From the NCBI GenBank assembly GCA_965240325.2, contig OZ251225.1, positions 434,001 through 498,000 on the forward strand: a stretch of DNA of 64,000 nucleotides, in the 5' to 3' direction. The notes below the pieces were generated by a model, which did no database searches, was not told where the DNA came from, and was given only the letters and a program-made list of their open reading frames with translations. This stretch comes from Rebecca billardiae RCC1528 (taxonomy: Eukaryota; Protista; Haptophyta). Below, in pieces: positions 33,194 to 45,186 of the stretch. The stretch's first letter is position 1; every line of letters begins with the position of its first letter. The translations under genes and the position numbers were made by a program.

Positions 33194-34681
33194 ACGCCCA
33201 GCCCGGACGAGCTCGCGAGCAGCGGCGTGCGCGGGCTGGACATGGAGCTCACGTTCCTGGGCACGGGCTCGTGTCTGCCCACGATCCTGCGCGGCGTGTC
33301 GTGCGCGGTGCTGCGGCTGCACGGCTCGTACTGGATGTTCGACGCGGGCGAGGGCAGCCAGATCCAGCTGCAGCGCTCCTCCGTCCGGCCGGGCAGCATC
33401 GACCGCATCTTCCTCACCCACCTGCACGGCGACCACGCGTACGGCCTGCCGGGCATCCTCTGCCTGATTGGGAACGCGCGCACCGCGTCGCAGCCGCCGG
33501 TCGAGATCTACGGGCCGGCGGGCACGCGGCTGTTCGTGCGCACGACGCTCGCGCTGTCGCGCGCGCGCGCGCTCCCGCGGTACCGCGTGCACGAGCTCCA
33601 CGGCGTCCCGTTCCTGCACACGCACTTCATGCGCGAGCCGGCGCCGCTCCGCATCGCGTGCGCGCCGCACACGCCGTTCGAGGAGCGAGGCCGCGACCTG
33701 CAGCCGGAGCGCGTGGAGACGGAGGACGGCGCGACGCTGGCGTGGACGCTGTCGGACGAGCGCGCCGGGGGCGAGGGCGTGCGCGTCACCGCCGGCCCGC
33801 TGCAGCACACCGTCCCGTGCGTCGGCTACGTCGTGCAGGAGGCGGAGCGGCCGGGCCGGCTCAGGGTGGAGCAGGTGCTGCCGCAGCTGCAGCGCAACGC
33901 GGCCGCGCTGCGCGAGAGCGGCGTGCGCGACCCGCGCTCGCTGCTCAAGCGGGTGAAGGCGCTGCAGCCGGGCACGCAGCTCGATCTGCCCGACGGCACC
34001 GCCATCCGCTACGAGGACGCGCTCGAGCCCACGCAGGTCGGGCGCAAGGTCGTCGTGCTCGGCGACACGTGCGACGCGCGCCACATGGTGCCGCTCGCGC
34101 GCGGCGCTGACGTGGTGGTGCACGAGGCGACCAACTCGTACTTTGCCGAGTTCGACGGGCCGACGAGCGAGCGCGACTTCACCAAGCAGACGTTCGCGCA
34201 CGGGCACTCGACGCCGCGCCTCGCTGCCGCCTTCGCCGCGAAGGTGGGCGCGCGCGCGCTCGTGCTCACGCACTTCTCGCAGCGGCACAGCCCGCTTGCG
34301 CGCAAGCACATGCGCCGCATCGAGGCGCAGGCGCAGGGCGGCCTGCCGGAGGGCTGCCAGGTGGCGGCGGCGCACGACCTGAGCCGGGTCTACGTCAGCC
34401 GCAACTCGAGCGGGCCCGCGATGCACTTCGTCCCCGCGCTCACCGACGTCCCGCCCAGCGTGTCGCTCGGCGCAGGCGTGCACGTGGCAGGCTGGGACGG
34501 GGCGGCCGCGGCGCAGGGCCCAGGCGGCTCCCCGCAGCCCCAAGAGGTGCAGCAGCAACAGGCGGGCGCGCTGGGCGCCGACGAGTATGATCCTGCCGGC
34601 GAGGAGGATGGCGGCGAGCCCCCGGCCGACGCACTGGCGCGCCCGTTTGAGCCCACGGGGACGGGCTCCTCAGCCGACTAG
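32702..34681 (+). CDS. Ribonuclease Z (short-form tRNase Z, metallo-beta-lactamase fold) with an N-terminal targeting peptide and a Cys/His module
   Basis: LTFLGTGS, FDAGEG, THLHGDH, HTVPCVGY, GRKVVVLGDT, HEAT, HGHST, LTHFSQR; hydrophobic N-terminus; CAAEGCRKKAVEGGLLCREH. Confidence 0.9.
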
Positions 34682-35365
34682 CTCGCGGATTCAAGGCGTG
34701 CAATGCGAGCCGGCGAGGCCCTGCCCCCTGCTAGCGCGCCTGTGACGCACGAGCGACGCGGCCGAGCGGGCATGCCGAATGGCGGGTGCCTGTGGGCTGT
34801 GGCGCACCGGCCCAGGCCGGAGTGCGAGCGCCGAACGGCGGCGTGATGTCGCCGCTGATTCACATCCGCCTGCCGACTCGTCATCATTCCGATGCGATGC
34901 CATGACGATATTGCTCTTGTTGCCCCAGTGGCTGACGGGGACTGGGTCTGGGCCTGGACGCGTAGTGGCCGTAGTGATCAAACTCAGTGACGGCTAGCGC
35001 CCCGAGACTCCGAGCCGGCCTTGGCCGTGGCGACCGGATCCAATTCGATGTCCGGACTGCGGCACGGTGCGGAATCGATCCGTACCCCGAGGCCCAGCGG
35101 TCTGCCGGTCTGTGACGCGCCGCGCCCGCTGCCAACCCTTGGCCGAGTTGGCCGGCTTGGGCCACTGAGGCTGCCGTCCACTCGCGCCACATCATGTGAC
35201 ATGAACGACTGACGGCAACGCGTACCAGTTTCCAGGTCTCTCTTCGGAGAGCGTGCGATGAAGGATGCGGCGCGGCAACCTGCCACCGTGAGCCTTACGC
35301 ACGTTAAAACAAATAAACTGTAGCCTCGACGCGAGTCATAGCGACTTCTGTAATTAGCGCGCGAC

Positions 35366-35441
35366 ACTGCCGCCGACGAATCAGGACTAGGAGACCCGCG
35401 TCGTCCTACCTGTGTCGTTAAATCTGAATAGAATGACGAGT
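35366..35441 (+). repeat. Dispersed repeat module C
   Basis: ACTGCCGCCGACGAATCAGGA...GTCGTTAAATC...ATAGAATG, also at 43638-43701 and 47651-47720. Confidence 0.85.
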
Positions 35442-35699
35442 GAAATACAGGCGCCTCACTGCCAGGACCAGTGGCCCAGACCCCGGCCCAGCTACTGGGC
35501 TCGCTGACAGCCCCCTCCGTCCCCTCCCCCGCGCAGGGATCGGCTAGTGGCTGGCCCTCTGCCCACACTGGGGCACCCTAGGGGGTGCCCAGTCTGCCGA
35601 CTTGGCTCACACTCGATGATCTCCGCGAATTGCAAGGCAGTGATGCACTGCTGGTACCTGGGACCACCCCACAGTGTTGGGCTTGATGTATGCTGTCGG

Positions 35700-35902
35700 C
35701 AATGGCATACCCCCGCCCCCTCTGGAGGCGGGCTGTCCACAGTGGAGTGGTGTCAAGGCACTTGGTGTCTCGGTCAGTGGTTTGATTGAGGTTGGGTGAG
35801 GGTGGTGGTTGGTTGGGGGCTGGCCAGGGAGGGCTGGAGGCTTCGGCCGCCAGTCTGATCACCCGGAGCCCGTTATAAAGGGGAATTTAATATAAAAAAA
35901 AG
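35700..35902 (+). mobile_element. 3' end of a SINE/LINE-like retroposon (module D), possibly extending upstream to about 35450
   Basis: Homologous to 47447-47650; ends in a GGCTGG...CTTCGG...CCAGTC hairpin and an A-rich tail (TATAAAAAAAAA). Confidence 0.6.
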
Positions 35903-36033
35903 TCCGACGACGCCATCGTGCCGCCCGGGCCGGTCGGCCATCGGGCGATCAAGGCGGCGTCCGATCGCTCAGTGCGTGACAGCGCGCGCTCGTGGCGGCG
36001 GCGGCCTCCCGTCCGCCCCCGCACCGCGTCGGC

Positions 36034-36802
36034 ATGGGCATTCTCGTGTCCACGCTCTGGTCCAAGCTCTGGGGCGACAAGGAGTACAAGATCGTGATGG
36101 TCGGGCTACACAACGCGGGCAAGACAACGATTCTGTACAAGCTGCACCTCGGTGACGTCATTGAGACGCAGCCGACGATCGGCAGCAACGTGGAGGAGGT
36201 GTGCCACCGGAACATTCGCTTTCAGGTTCGCAGTGCCCTGCGCGCCCGGCGCCGGCGTAACCTTGGGCTCGATGCCTGCAGCGCATTGCGTAGGAGCTCA
36301 TGCGCGGGATTGTGCGTGCCTCGGCGCAGGTGTGGGACTTGGGAGGGCAGGAGAAGTTGAGGAAGGCATGGGGCACCTACTACATCAACACGCAGGCTGT
36401 CATCCTCGTCGTCGACAGCACCGACCGCGAGAGCATACAGACGGTCAAGGAGGAGCTGGCGACCATCACCGCGCACGAGGACCTCTCGAGTGCCATCTTG
36501 CTCATCCTCGCCAACAAGCAGGACGCGGAGGGGGCGATGAGCGCCGCCGAGGTCAGCACCGCCCTCGCACTCCACGCGAACAAGCAGCATGATTGGCAAA
36601 TACAGGTGCGCCGCGCTGCATCCCGCCCTGTCTTGCGCGTTCAGATTGTCAGCAGCTCTCGTGTTGCCCACGTGATGGCCGGTGATCTCATGGATGCACT
36701 CCCGCGCGCACACGCGCACACGCGCAGGCTTGCAGCGCGCTGACCGGCGACGGCTTGTACGAGGGGCTGGATTGGATCATCCACACGCTACGCCAGAAGT
36801 AA
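36034..36802 (+). CDS. ARL5: ADP-ribosylation factor-like GTPase (ARL5-like); introns 36226-36329 and 36606-36727
   Basis: MG myristoylation start, [43 protein letters not shown]. Confidence 0.9.
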
Positions 36803-37792
36803 TCCTCCAGCGCGAGCCCCAGTGCGAGCGACCGGATGACGTGGGTGTGAGCAGCGGGCCTGAGTCACCTGTTGAGTGCTCTGTGCCGAGTGCCTCGGGC
36901 TCGGTGCTGCAGTGCCTGTCAGTATATATATATGACAGTGTTGGCGCATCATCGACGTTCCGACGTTACCAGCACACTGACACGCGTGCATGCAGAGTCA
37001 TGCGGCATTCTACGAGTACGTACGGCCGAGCGACCGGGTCAACCGGCGCGCCGGCCCCGGCCCGCGCGCGCCCGCCTGAAAATGAGTGAAATGGCCCGGA
37101 GCGCCGCCCTCCGACAGACCGAGCGGCTGAGCCTGAGTCAGACTCAGACTGGCCGCGGTCGGCGGCGCGCCACGGGAACTCGGCCTCGGGATTAGACTCT
37201 GCCGCCGGATGATAATGAAAGTCGTCCGGCGCCACTCACACTGCTGACACTGGCACTGCCTCAGACATGGCTTATATTTATATGTCGTAGTCGCCTCAGC
37301 ATCGGAATCCGCGACGATGCTCATTGGCGGCGCCCCAGTCTTATTTTAGCTGAGTCGTCTGGTCGTCTGGTCTAGATCTGGACCGTCGTGTGACCGTTCA
37401 ATAACTTATTATAAATATGATGACGCGTAACCGCGGAATTTTATTCGATGATGAAATATTAGCGACGACTAAAATACTATATATATATATAGCGCGCTTG
37501 ATCAGTCGTACTACTGCTACTGCTGAGTAGTCGTCATTGAGACTATCAGAGTCTGCAGTGCTCATCGTGGGCCGTTAAGTGTGAGTACCGTTGAGTGACG
37601 ACTTGGTAGACACTAGATAGACTGTCAGTGCCGCCGGAGGTCAGCTGCACGACGTCGACGGGCCCGACACGCGAGGAGGACGAGCGTGAAGGCGCCCCAA
37701 GCACATGCAGTTGCTTCGCCCCTGCTCCTCGGCGTAGCGCAAGCGCGCTTGCGCAAGCTTACATCGCTCACCGCAGGCTCCCGGCCGCTGCT

Positions 37793-39166
37793 TCACAGCG
37801 CCACGCTCGGCGGCGCGTCCGCCATGCGCTCGAGGCGCACGGCGGCCTCGCGCAGCACTGCCAGCGAGCGCACAAACGTGAAGCGGAGGTAGCGGCCGCC
37901 GAGCGCGGGGTCTGTGCGCGAGGCGCCGAGGTAGAAGTTGTCGCCCGGCACGCACGCCACCCCATGCCGCGTGATCATCGCCATCGCCGCCTCGCGCGGC
38001 GAGAGCGACTTGAGCGCGGGCACGCTGTCGTACCCAGCAAACAGGTAGTACGCACCGTGCGGCGAGGCGCGCACGTCGAAGCCGGCACGGCGGAGCGCGC
38101 CGACAAGCAGGTCGCGCTTCTCGGCGTACTCGTCGGCGATGCTTTCGAAGAACGGCCGGCCGAGCGCGAGGCACGCCTGCGCGCCGAACTGCATCGGCGT
38201 CGCCGCCTGCACGACGAGCTGGTCGTGGCACGCGCGGATGGCGGGCGTGTACGCACTCGGAGAGATCACCCAGCCCACGCGCCAGCCGGTCGCGCGCGCC
38301 GACTTGGAGACGGCGCTGACGACGCACGTGCGATCGGCCATGCCCTTGATTGTGGCGAGCGAGACATGCCGCGCCCCACCGAAGCACATGTGCTCGTAGA
38401 TCTCGTCGGTGACCGCAAGCACGCCGTGCGCGATGCACAGCTCTGCGATCTCGCCGAGCGCCTGCTCCCCAAACACGTGCCCGGTCGGGTTGTGCGGCGA
38501 GTTGAAGAGGAGCGCGCGCGACTCGCGGAGCACCTCGCGCAGCTGCTGCGGGTCGTACGCCCACGAGCCGTCCGCCCCCTCGCGCAGCGTGATCGCGCGC
38601 GGCTCGAAGCCCCAGATCGCGCACTGGCTCGGGTAGAGCTCGTGGAACGGCTCAAAGAAGGCCACGACGTCGCCCGGCCGGCACAGCGCGCGCAGGCAGA
38701 CGGCGAAGCCCTCGGTCGCGCCGTTCGTCACGGTGATGTTCTCCTCGGCGTCCGCCGGGATGCTCGGGTAGAACTCGCCGTAGTACGCGCTGATCTGCGC
38801 GCGCAGCGATGGCAGGCCCGCCGGGAACGAGTACTGATTCAGGAAGTCGGTCGGCGGCTGCGGCGTCACGAGCGGCTTGAGGCGCTGCGCCATCTCGCAC
38901 GCCGCCTCGGAGGACGAGCCGTCGAGAAGCGCGCCCGCCGCGTGCACCGCCATCTCGAGCGGAGGCGGCTCGTTCGGGAACCCCTGGCTCAGATTCACGG
39001 CCGAGTGCTCGATCGCCAGCCGTGTCATCAGTCGGATCGTCGACTCTGATGGCATCGCGCCCTGCTCGAGGGCGGGCGGGCGGCGACGGCGGCGGAGGGC
39101 GAGCAGCCAGGCGGCGAATGCGCCGGCGAGCGCGCCGACGGCCACGCCCGCGACGAAGCCGCGCAT
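37793..39166 (-). CDS. PLP-dependent class I/II aminotransferase (kynurenine/methionine aminotransferase-like) with an N-terminal membrane anchor
   Basis: AVNLSQGFP, NQYS...GLPSLR, NSPHNPTG, DEIYE, SAVSKSARATGWRVGW (PLP lysine). Confidence 0.9.
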   Translation of the reverse strand: MRGFVAGVAVGALAGAFAAWLLALRRRRRPPALEQGAMPSESTIRLMTRLAIEHSAVNLSQGFPNEPPPLEMAVHAAGALLDGSSSEAACEMAQRLKPLVTPQPPTDFLNQYSFPAGLPSLRAQISAYYGEFYPSIPADAEENITVTNGATEGFAVCLRALCRPGDVVAFFEPFHELYPSQCAIWGFEPRAITLREGADGSWAYDPQQLREVLRESRALLFNSPHNPTGHVFGEQALGEIAELCIAHGVLAVTDEIYEHMCFGGARHVSLATIKGMADRTCVVSAVSKSARATGWRVGWVISPSAYTPAIRACHDQLVVQAATPMQFGAQACLALGRPFFESIADEYAEKRDLLVGALRRAGFDVRASPHGAYYLFAGYDSVPALKSLSPREAAMAMITRHGVACVPGDNFYLGASRTDPALGGRYLRFTFVRSLAVLREAAVRLERMADAPPSVAL

Positions 39167-39451
39167 CTGTGCCGACGGTCCCGCGGCCACGCCCTCGGCC
39201 TTCGCAAAGCCTCGCGCGTTGTCAGCACGTCGTCCCGTGCCTTTGTATCTATCGGATGCTGCTGATGTTCCCGGAGTGGTCTCTCGTGTCTTGATTCTCC
39301 CCAGAATATGTCGTGAGATAGACAGGTCGTGCGGCCGCCATCGTTGTTGTGGATCGCGGCCGTGGCGACGGGGCGCCGCCAGCGTGTGCGCACAGGGCAG
39401 GGAGTGTTGGGCAAGGGCGCACTAGGGCTTGGCCATCGCTGATCCGGCGCC

Positions 39452-40272
39452 ATGTCGCGCTTCGGTCGCGGCAGGTGCGCCGCTGCGGTCGCGCGTCTCC
39501 TCACCCTCTCCCGCTCTCGCACACAGATGCGCGCGCTGCCTCTGGTGTTGATGATGCCTGCTGCGCCACGCGACCTCTGCCCTGCCATCGCGCCCGCACG
39601 CCTCGCAGGGGCCGCGGCGGCCTACCTATCGCCGCACCGGATGGTGCATCCGCCCTCGCGGAGATGCCCCTCTTCCCGCGCATCGAGAACCCGAAGAAGG
39701 CGCCACGGCCGACCGAGGCTGACCAGCAGCTGTACCGGCGCGGCCAGGTGATTCGCTCGTACCTCGTGAGCTCCCCGTTCTGCCCGCCCCACCGGAAGGT
39801 GCAGGCCGGAGCGGGGCGGTACCAGGACGCGACCCTGCGGCAACGCAAGCGGCCCGCCCTGCGGGACTCGCGCGAGTTCGCGATGCGGCCAGGCGACGTG
39901 CCTCCGCAGCTGCTCGAGATGCTCAAGCGGCCAAGACTCAAGGCGCCGCGCCGGGTGGCGTCGGCCGAGCTGGCCGAGCGCGTCGCGCCCGAGGACGCGC
40001 TCCTCGGCGAGGACGTCGATCTCGAGGACGATGACGACGACGACGACGAGGAGGAGGAGAATGCCGGCGGCGAGGGCGCCAAGAAGGGGCGCGCAGCCGG
40101 TGCGACTGCGGAGGCGAAGAAGGGCGCGCAGACCGGCAACGCTGAGGAGGAGGAGGGCGAGGAGGAGGAGGTGGAGGAGGACGAGGACGAGGGCGACTAC
40201 GGGGAGAACTACTTCGACAATGGTGAGGACTACGACGAGCAGGAGAGCGGTGATGACGAGCCATTTTACTGA
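39452..40272 (+). CDS. RPC7: RNA polymerase III subunit RPC7/Rpc31; intron 39475-39608
   Basis: Spliced N-terminus MSRFGRGRGRGG, PLFP, SSPF, acidic tract, and the C-terminal DYGENYFDNGEDY...PFY signature. Confidence 0.82.
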
Positions 40273-40650
40273 CAGACTGGCGCGCCATTGCCTGGTCAGG
40301 CACTGGCATCATACACTACGCGGAGTTGTCGCGTCAGTCTGAGTCGCGGAACCGGCCTACGGCCCGCTATGGTACGCCTACGGATTACGGAGTACGGTAC
40401 TCCGCCCGGTCGACGCGGTACTGGTACGTACTCTGAATGGCATGTCTGACTCTCTGGCTGGAGCCCGAGGGTTCAGGGTCCGAACACTCAGCTCGGTACA
40501 GCACGCGTGCTGATTGGTCCGCCGCGACAAGCAACGCCGGGGCGCGACAAGCTGAAAGCCGACGACGACGGTGGCGTTGGCGTTGGCTTTAGCGCCGAGC
40601 TTGGTCGCCGAGCGATCGCGTAAGCGGCTTGGCATCCATCTTGCGACGGC

Positions 40651-43132
40651 ATGGCGCCGCTGCACCTGGTGGGTAAGCCGCTCGACTGGGAGGATTCGAA
40701 GCCCTTGCTCAAGGAGATCCGCCGGCGCGGCGTGAAGCAGTTCATCACCCTCTACCGCCGCGTCGAGCACTGTACGGGCGCGGAGCTGCTCTGGGGCGAT
40801 GAGCTCGAGTACGGCGTGATGAAGCTGGAGGGGAGCGGCGCCGAGCGCACGGTGAAGGTGTCGCTGCGCGCGCCCGAGCTGCTCGAGCAGCTCGTCGTGT
40901 GCGAGGGCGACGACCCCCGCCGGCACGACGGCTGCGCGTGGCACGCCGAGTACGGCCGGTGGATGGTCGAGGCGACGCCGCGCCAGCCGTTTGGCGGCTA
41001 CTCGACCGAGCTGCTGCGCGTCGAGCGCTCGATGCGGCTGCGGCGGCAGCGGCTGCTCTCGGTGCTCCGCCCCGACGAGATCATCCCCACCGTGCCCGTC
41101 TTCCCGCTGCTGGGCGTCGGCACGTTCACCGACCCGCCGGCCGAGCCGGGCGGCCCGATCGCCAACTCGTCGTGCGTGCCTGACGAGGCGATCAACCCGC
41201 ACCCGCGCATGGCGACGCTGACGAAGAACATCCGCACGCGGCGCGGCTCGAACGTGGACATCCGTCTCCCGCTGTACAAGGACCTCGCCACCCCGGAGTT
41301 CGCCGACGGCGTCGCGGCCGAGGCGGCGCCGGGCTCGGCCGAGTGGCCGCAGGTGCGCGGCGACGCGATGGCGTTCGGCATGGGCTCGTGCTGCCTGCAG
41401 GTGACGCTGCAGGCGCACAACGTGTACGAGTCGCGGCACCTGACGGACCAGCTCGCCGCGCTCGCGCCGATCATGCTCGCCCTCACCGCCGGCACGCCCA
41501 TCTTCCGCGGCCGCCTCGTCGACACGGACGCGCGCTGGAACACGATCGCGCAGTCGGTCGACGACCGCACGCCCGCCGAGCGGCGCGCCGAGGGCGAGCC
41601 CGTGGACGAGGCGGCGCGGCAGCCGGAGCTGGCGGGCGAGGGCGTGCGCAGGCTGCCCAAGTCGCGGTACAGCTCGATCTCGCACTACATCTACGACTGC
41701 CCCGCCGCGCGCATGATGGGCCTGGACAACCCGATGCAGCACATGTCGGACCTGGGGCTGGAGGTCGAGCCTGAGATGGCGGCGCTGCTGCACGACGCGG
41801 GCATCGACCCGCCGATGGCGCGGCACATCGCGTACAACTTCTCGCGCGACCCGCTCGTGATCTTCCGCGAGCGCGTGGACATCGACGACGAGGTCGAGAC
41901 CGACCACTTCGAGAACCTCCAGTCCACCAACTGGAACTCGGTGCGCTGGAAGCCGCCGCCGGCCATGAACTCCGAGATCGGGTGGCGCACCGAGTTCCGC
42001 CCGATGGAGTCGCAGCTCACCGACTTCGAGAACGCCGCCTTCACCGTGATCACCGTGCTGCTCACGCGCGCGATCCTCGCGTTCGACCTCGACCTGCTCC
42101 TCCCGATCTCCAAGGTGGACGAGAACATGCAGCGCGCGCACGCGCGCGACGCCGTGCGCGGGCAGAAGTTCTTCTTCCGCAAGCACCTCGTCGAGCCGCA
42201 CTCGGGGGCGACGCCGCCGCGCGGCAGCACGCCGCCCGCGGGCGCGGGGCACGGCGGCAGGAGGTGCAACATCAACCACAACACGGAGTACGAGGAGATG
42301 ACGATCGCGGAGATCCTCAACGGCAAGGGCGGCTACTTCCCCGGCCTGCTGCCGCTCGTGCAGGCGTACATCGAGTCGATCGGCTGCGACGCCACGACGC
42401 GGTGCGCGCGCGCCTGCCACGGCCACGACCACGCGCCTGCCACGCGCCGCCGCCGCGCGCCGCGCGCACCGATGGACGGGCACGCATTCGGGGCGGGGAG
42501 GGCGGCGGGCATGGGAGCGCTCTCCGCGCGCGTGGCGTGCGATGTCGACCGAGCCCGCGCCCGCGCGCCCGCCCCCGCCCACCCCGCCTTCGCCCTGCGC
42601 AGGCACGAGGTGCACCGGTACATGAAGCTGATCGCGATGCGCGCCAACGGCTCGCTGCTCACCAACGCCGCGTGGGCGCGCAAGTTCGTCACCTCGCACC
42701 CGGACTACCTGAGCGACTCGGTCGTCTCGCCGGCGATCGCGCACGACCTGATGAAGGCGTCGCACGAGATCGGGCTGGGCAAGCGCTCGTGCAAGGACGT
42801 GCTCGGCGAGGTCGTCATCGAGCCCATCCTGCCAGAGGACGCGTGGGACGTCAAGCTTGAAGGTGCGCACGCGCGCGGTGCGCACTGCGCGGTGGTGCGC
42901 ACCGCACCGCCTCGCGCACGGCACGCCGCCCGGGCTCACGCGTGCCACGCGCGCTCCGCGGCCCTCCCCGCCCTGCGCCGCGCGTGCAGCCTCGCCGCTG
43001 GACCACGACACGCGGCACAGGCTGCTGGACGAGTACGTGCACCGCACCTCCTTCCTCAAGCGGCTGCGCAAGCAGACGGGCGACGGGATCCCGCAGATCA
43101 AGGCGCACCTCGAGGCTCAGGCCGCCCGCTGA
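40651..43132 (+). CDS. GSH1: Glutamate-cysteine ligase catalytic subunit (eukaryotic type); introns 42402-42602 and 42863-42989
   Basis: LLWGDELEY, WHAEYGRWMVEATP, DAMAFGMGSCCLQVT, KSRYSS, DHFENLQSTNW, GWRTEFRPME, TDFENAA. Confidence 0.95.
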
Positions 43133-43563
43133 GACGGCGGGCACGGTGTGCGGGCGCAACCAGGGGGCTCAAGGAGGGCGAGGTTGGGGGCGTGCAGGGG
43201 CACGAGCGGCGCCGACGTCAGCGCGGCGTCGCTCGAGGACATCGGCGGGGAGATGGGCCACGGTGAGGTGGCTTGGCGTGGAGACGACGGATCGGATGCG
43301 GGACGGCAGCCTGGGCGACCGGCGGCGGGGGAGACGCTGCACGCCATTGCGCGTGGCAGCCTTGGGCTACTTGGCCGCCTAACGGCTCATGTTGGTAGTC
43401 AGGGCAGGCCGACCGGACGACGACTGTCATAAAAGAAAAAGTAGTAAAAAAAACTATACGTACTGCGTCTTAACATGCGAGCCGCGGCAGCGCATTAGGT
43501 GCCATAGGTCATAGTATTCTGACATAGGTGGATCGCGCTTTAACAGCACTCAGCAGCTCAAGG

Positions 43564-43740
43564 CCGCGCTCAAGCTTTACGATCGCGGTGCAGGCTATGC
43601 TCTGCCACCAACGCCGACTTCGTGTCGACGATCGGGCACTGCCGCCGACGAATCAGGAGACCCGCGTCGTCCTACCTGTGTCGTTAAATCATAGAATGAG
43701 TTTACTGACGCACACAGCTCAGGCAGGCGAGATTGACGGC
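43564..43740 (+). repeat. Dispersed repeat, modules B-C-A
   Basis: B (43564-43642) is identical to 47368-47446; C matches 35366 and 47651; A (GACGCACACAGCTCAGGCAGGCGAGATTGACG) matches 46551-46607 and 47267-47337. Confidence 0.88.
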
Positions 43741-44003
43741 GCCCGAAGAAAGACGACACGTCGTACGGAATGCGAAAGGACAAAGGCCCACCCGGACTTC
43801 ACTGCTGCTTCAACCACGGCTTCAACCACCGCGCGCCCGGGCCGAGCCAGCAAGCTCAAATCATCGGAGTTACTACCTGTAGTGTACCATACCCCCATAC
43901 CGAGTGGATGCGCACATCAAGCAAGGGGGGCAGGAGGCGCGGGAATCGAGCGGCGATCCGGCTTTTCGGGGTCCGACTCATCCGAGTTCTTCAGTAGCGT
44001 GCG

Positions 44004-44696
44004 ATGCCGACGGCCGCTGCACACGGGGTAAGCGCTGTGCGCGCGCTGCTGGCGGCGGTGACGGTGGCTTCCGCCGCGGCGGGGCGATCGATCCGCGGCG
44101 CAGAGCAGGTACACCTGCAGCTCCCCGAGGCCGAATGCCTGACGCTCAGCTCGTCGGCTCTGCGCTTTGTGCCATGCGCGATCGCCACGACATGGGTGAT
44201 CGGCCAGGGCGGCCAGCTGGAGGACAAGTATGGCGCCTGCCTCGCACGAGCTCGTGAAGGGGGCTACGTGCTCGTGCCAGGGTGTAAGAAGGCCAAGGGC
44301 GACCAGCCCGTCCGTCTCAAGCAGTCCGTGCTGAGCGTGGGCGGCAAGTGCCTTGGACGTGAGAACAAGAAGGCAGTGGCGACGCCCCGCAAGGCGTGCT
44401 CTGAATTCACGCCGCTCAGACTGTGGACGCTCTCGGCAAGGCTGGAGAGCGACACTGGCGCCACCTTGCTCTTCACGCTGTCCGTTGGCCAGCACATGGC
44501 CGCGTACCTCGCGACTGCGCTGATGACTCTGGCGGCACTGCTCGTCACCATCTGTCTGTGCGCGCCGCCGCCATCAGCATGCCGGGCGGGGCAGCACGGC
44601 TCGCCGCCGGAACAGCCAAAGGCGAACGTGCACGTGAACCTCAGGGCCACTGGTCTGCCGTCGGAGCCGGTGAGCCTCCAGCTCGCAGCGCAATGA
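44004..44696 (+). CDS. Hypothetical type I membrane protein, possible ricin-B lectin-like ectodomain
   Basis: Signal peptide (ALLAAVTVASA), paired cysteines with WVIGQGGQL..GACL and GGKCL patterns, C-terminal TM helix. Confidence 0.55.
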   Translation: MPTAAAHGVSAVRALLAAVTVASAAAGRSIRGAEQVHLQLPEAECLTLSSSALRFVPCAIATTWVIGQGGQLEDKYGACLARAREGGYVLVPGCKKAKGDQPVRLKQSVLSVGGKCLGRENKKAVATPRKACSEFTPLRLWTLSARLESDTGATLLFTLSVGQHMAAYLATALMTLAALLVTICLCAPPPSACRAGQHGSPPEQPKANVHVNLRATGLPSEPVSLQLAAQ

Positions 44697-45186
44697 TTGC
44701 ACCGTGACCGCTTCTCGCCAGCAGCATGGCTGAAAGGAGCGCCCACCGATTTCGCCACCAAAGTTGACAGTTCGGTGCCGATTGCCGCGTCAACAGCGTC
44801 AACTATGGCGCTGAGACTGCTAAGCTTGCCGTGAGTGCGGCCTCTGACAGCACTCACACTTTTAAGGCAGCAGCAACGACTGTTGCCAGTGTCACGCCCG
44901 GCCGACTAGCTGGTCAGCACTCACCGCCATCAGGCATCACGCAGATTCACGGCTGCTACTGCAGCATGATCTCGAATAATATATATAACTACAATAATAT
45001 TATAAGTATTATAATAATAATATACTCCGAATACTATTGTCAATTATTGTCTTATTACATTTAACATATTGTCTATTTCAGCGATCACTTATGACGACCT
45101 TGACCGGAATCTTCACTGATGAGGCACCGTATCTGATATATGCCAGCAGCCGCACTAGTTATGGCCCGGCGCGCCCGCCACTCGAT

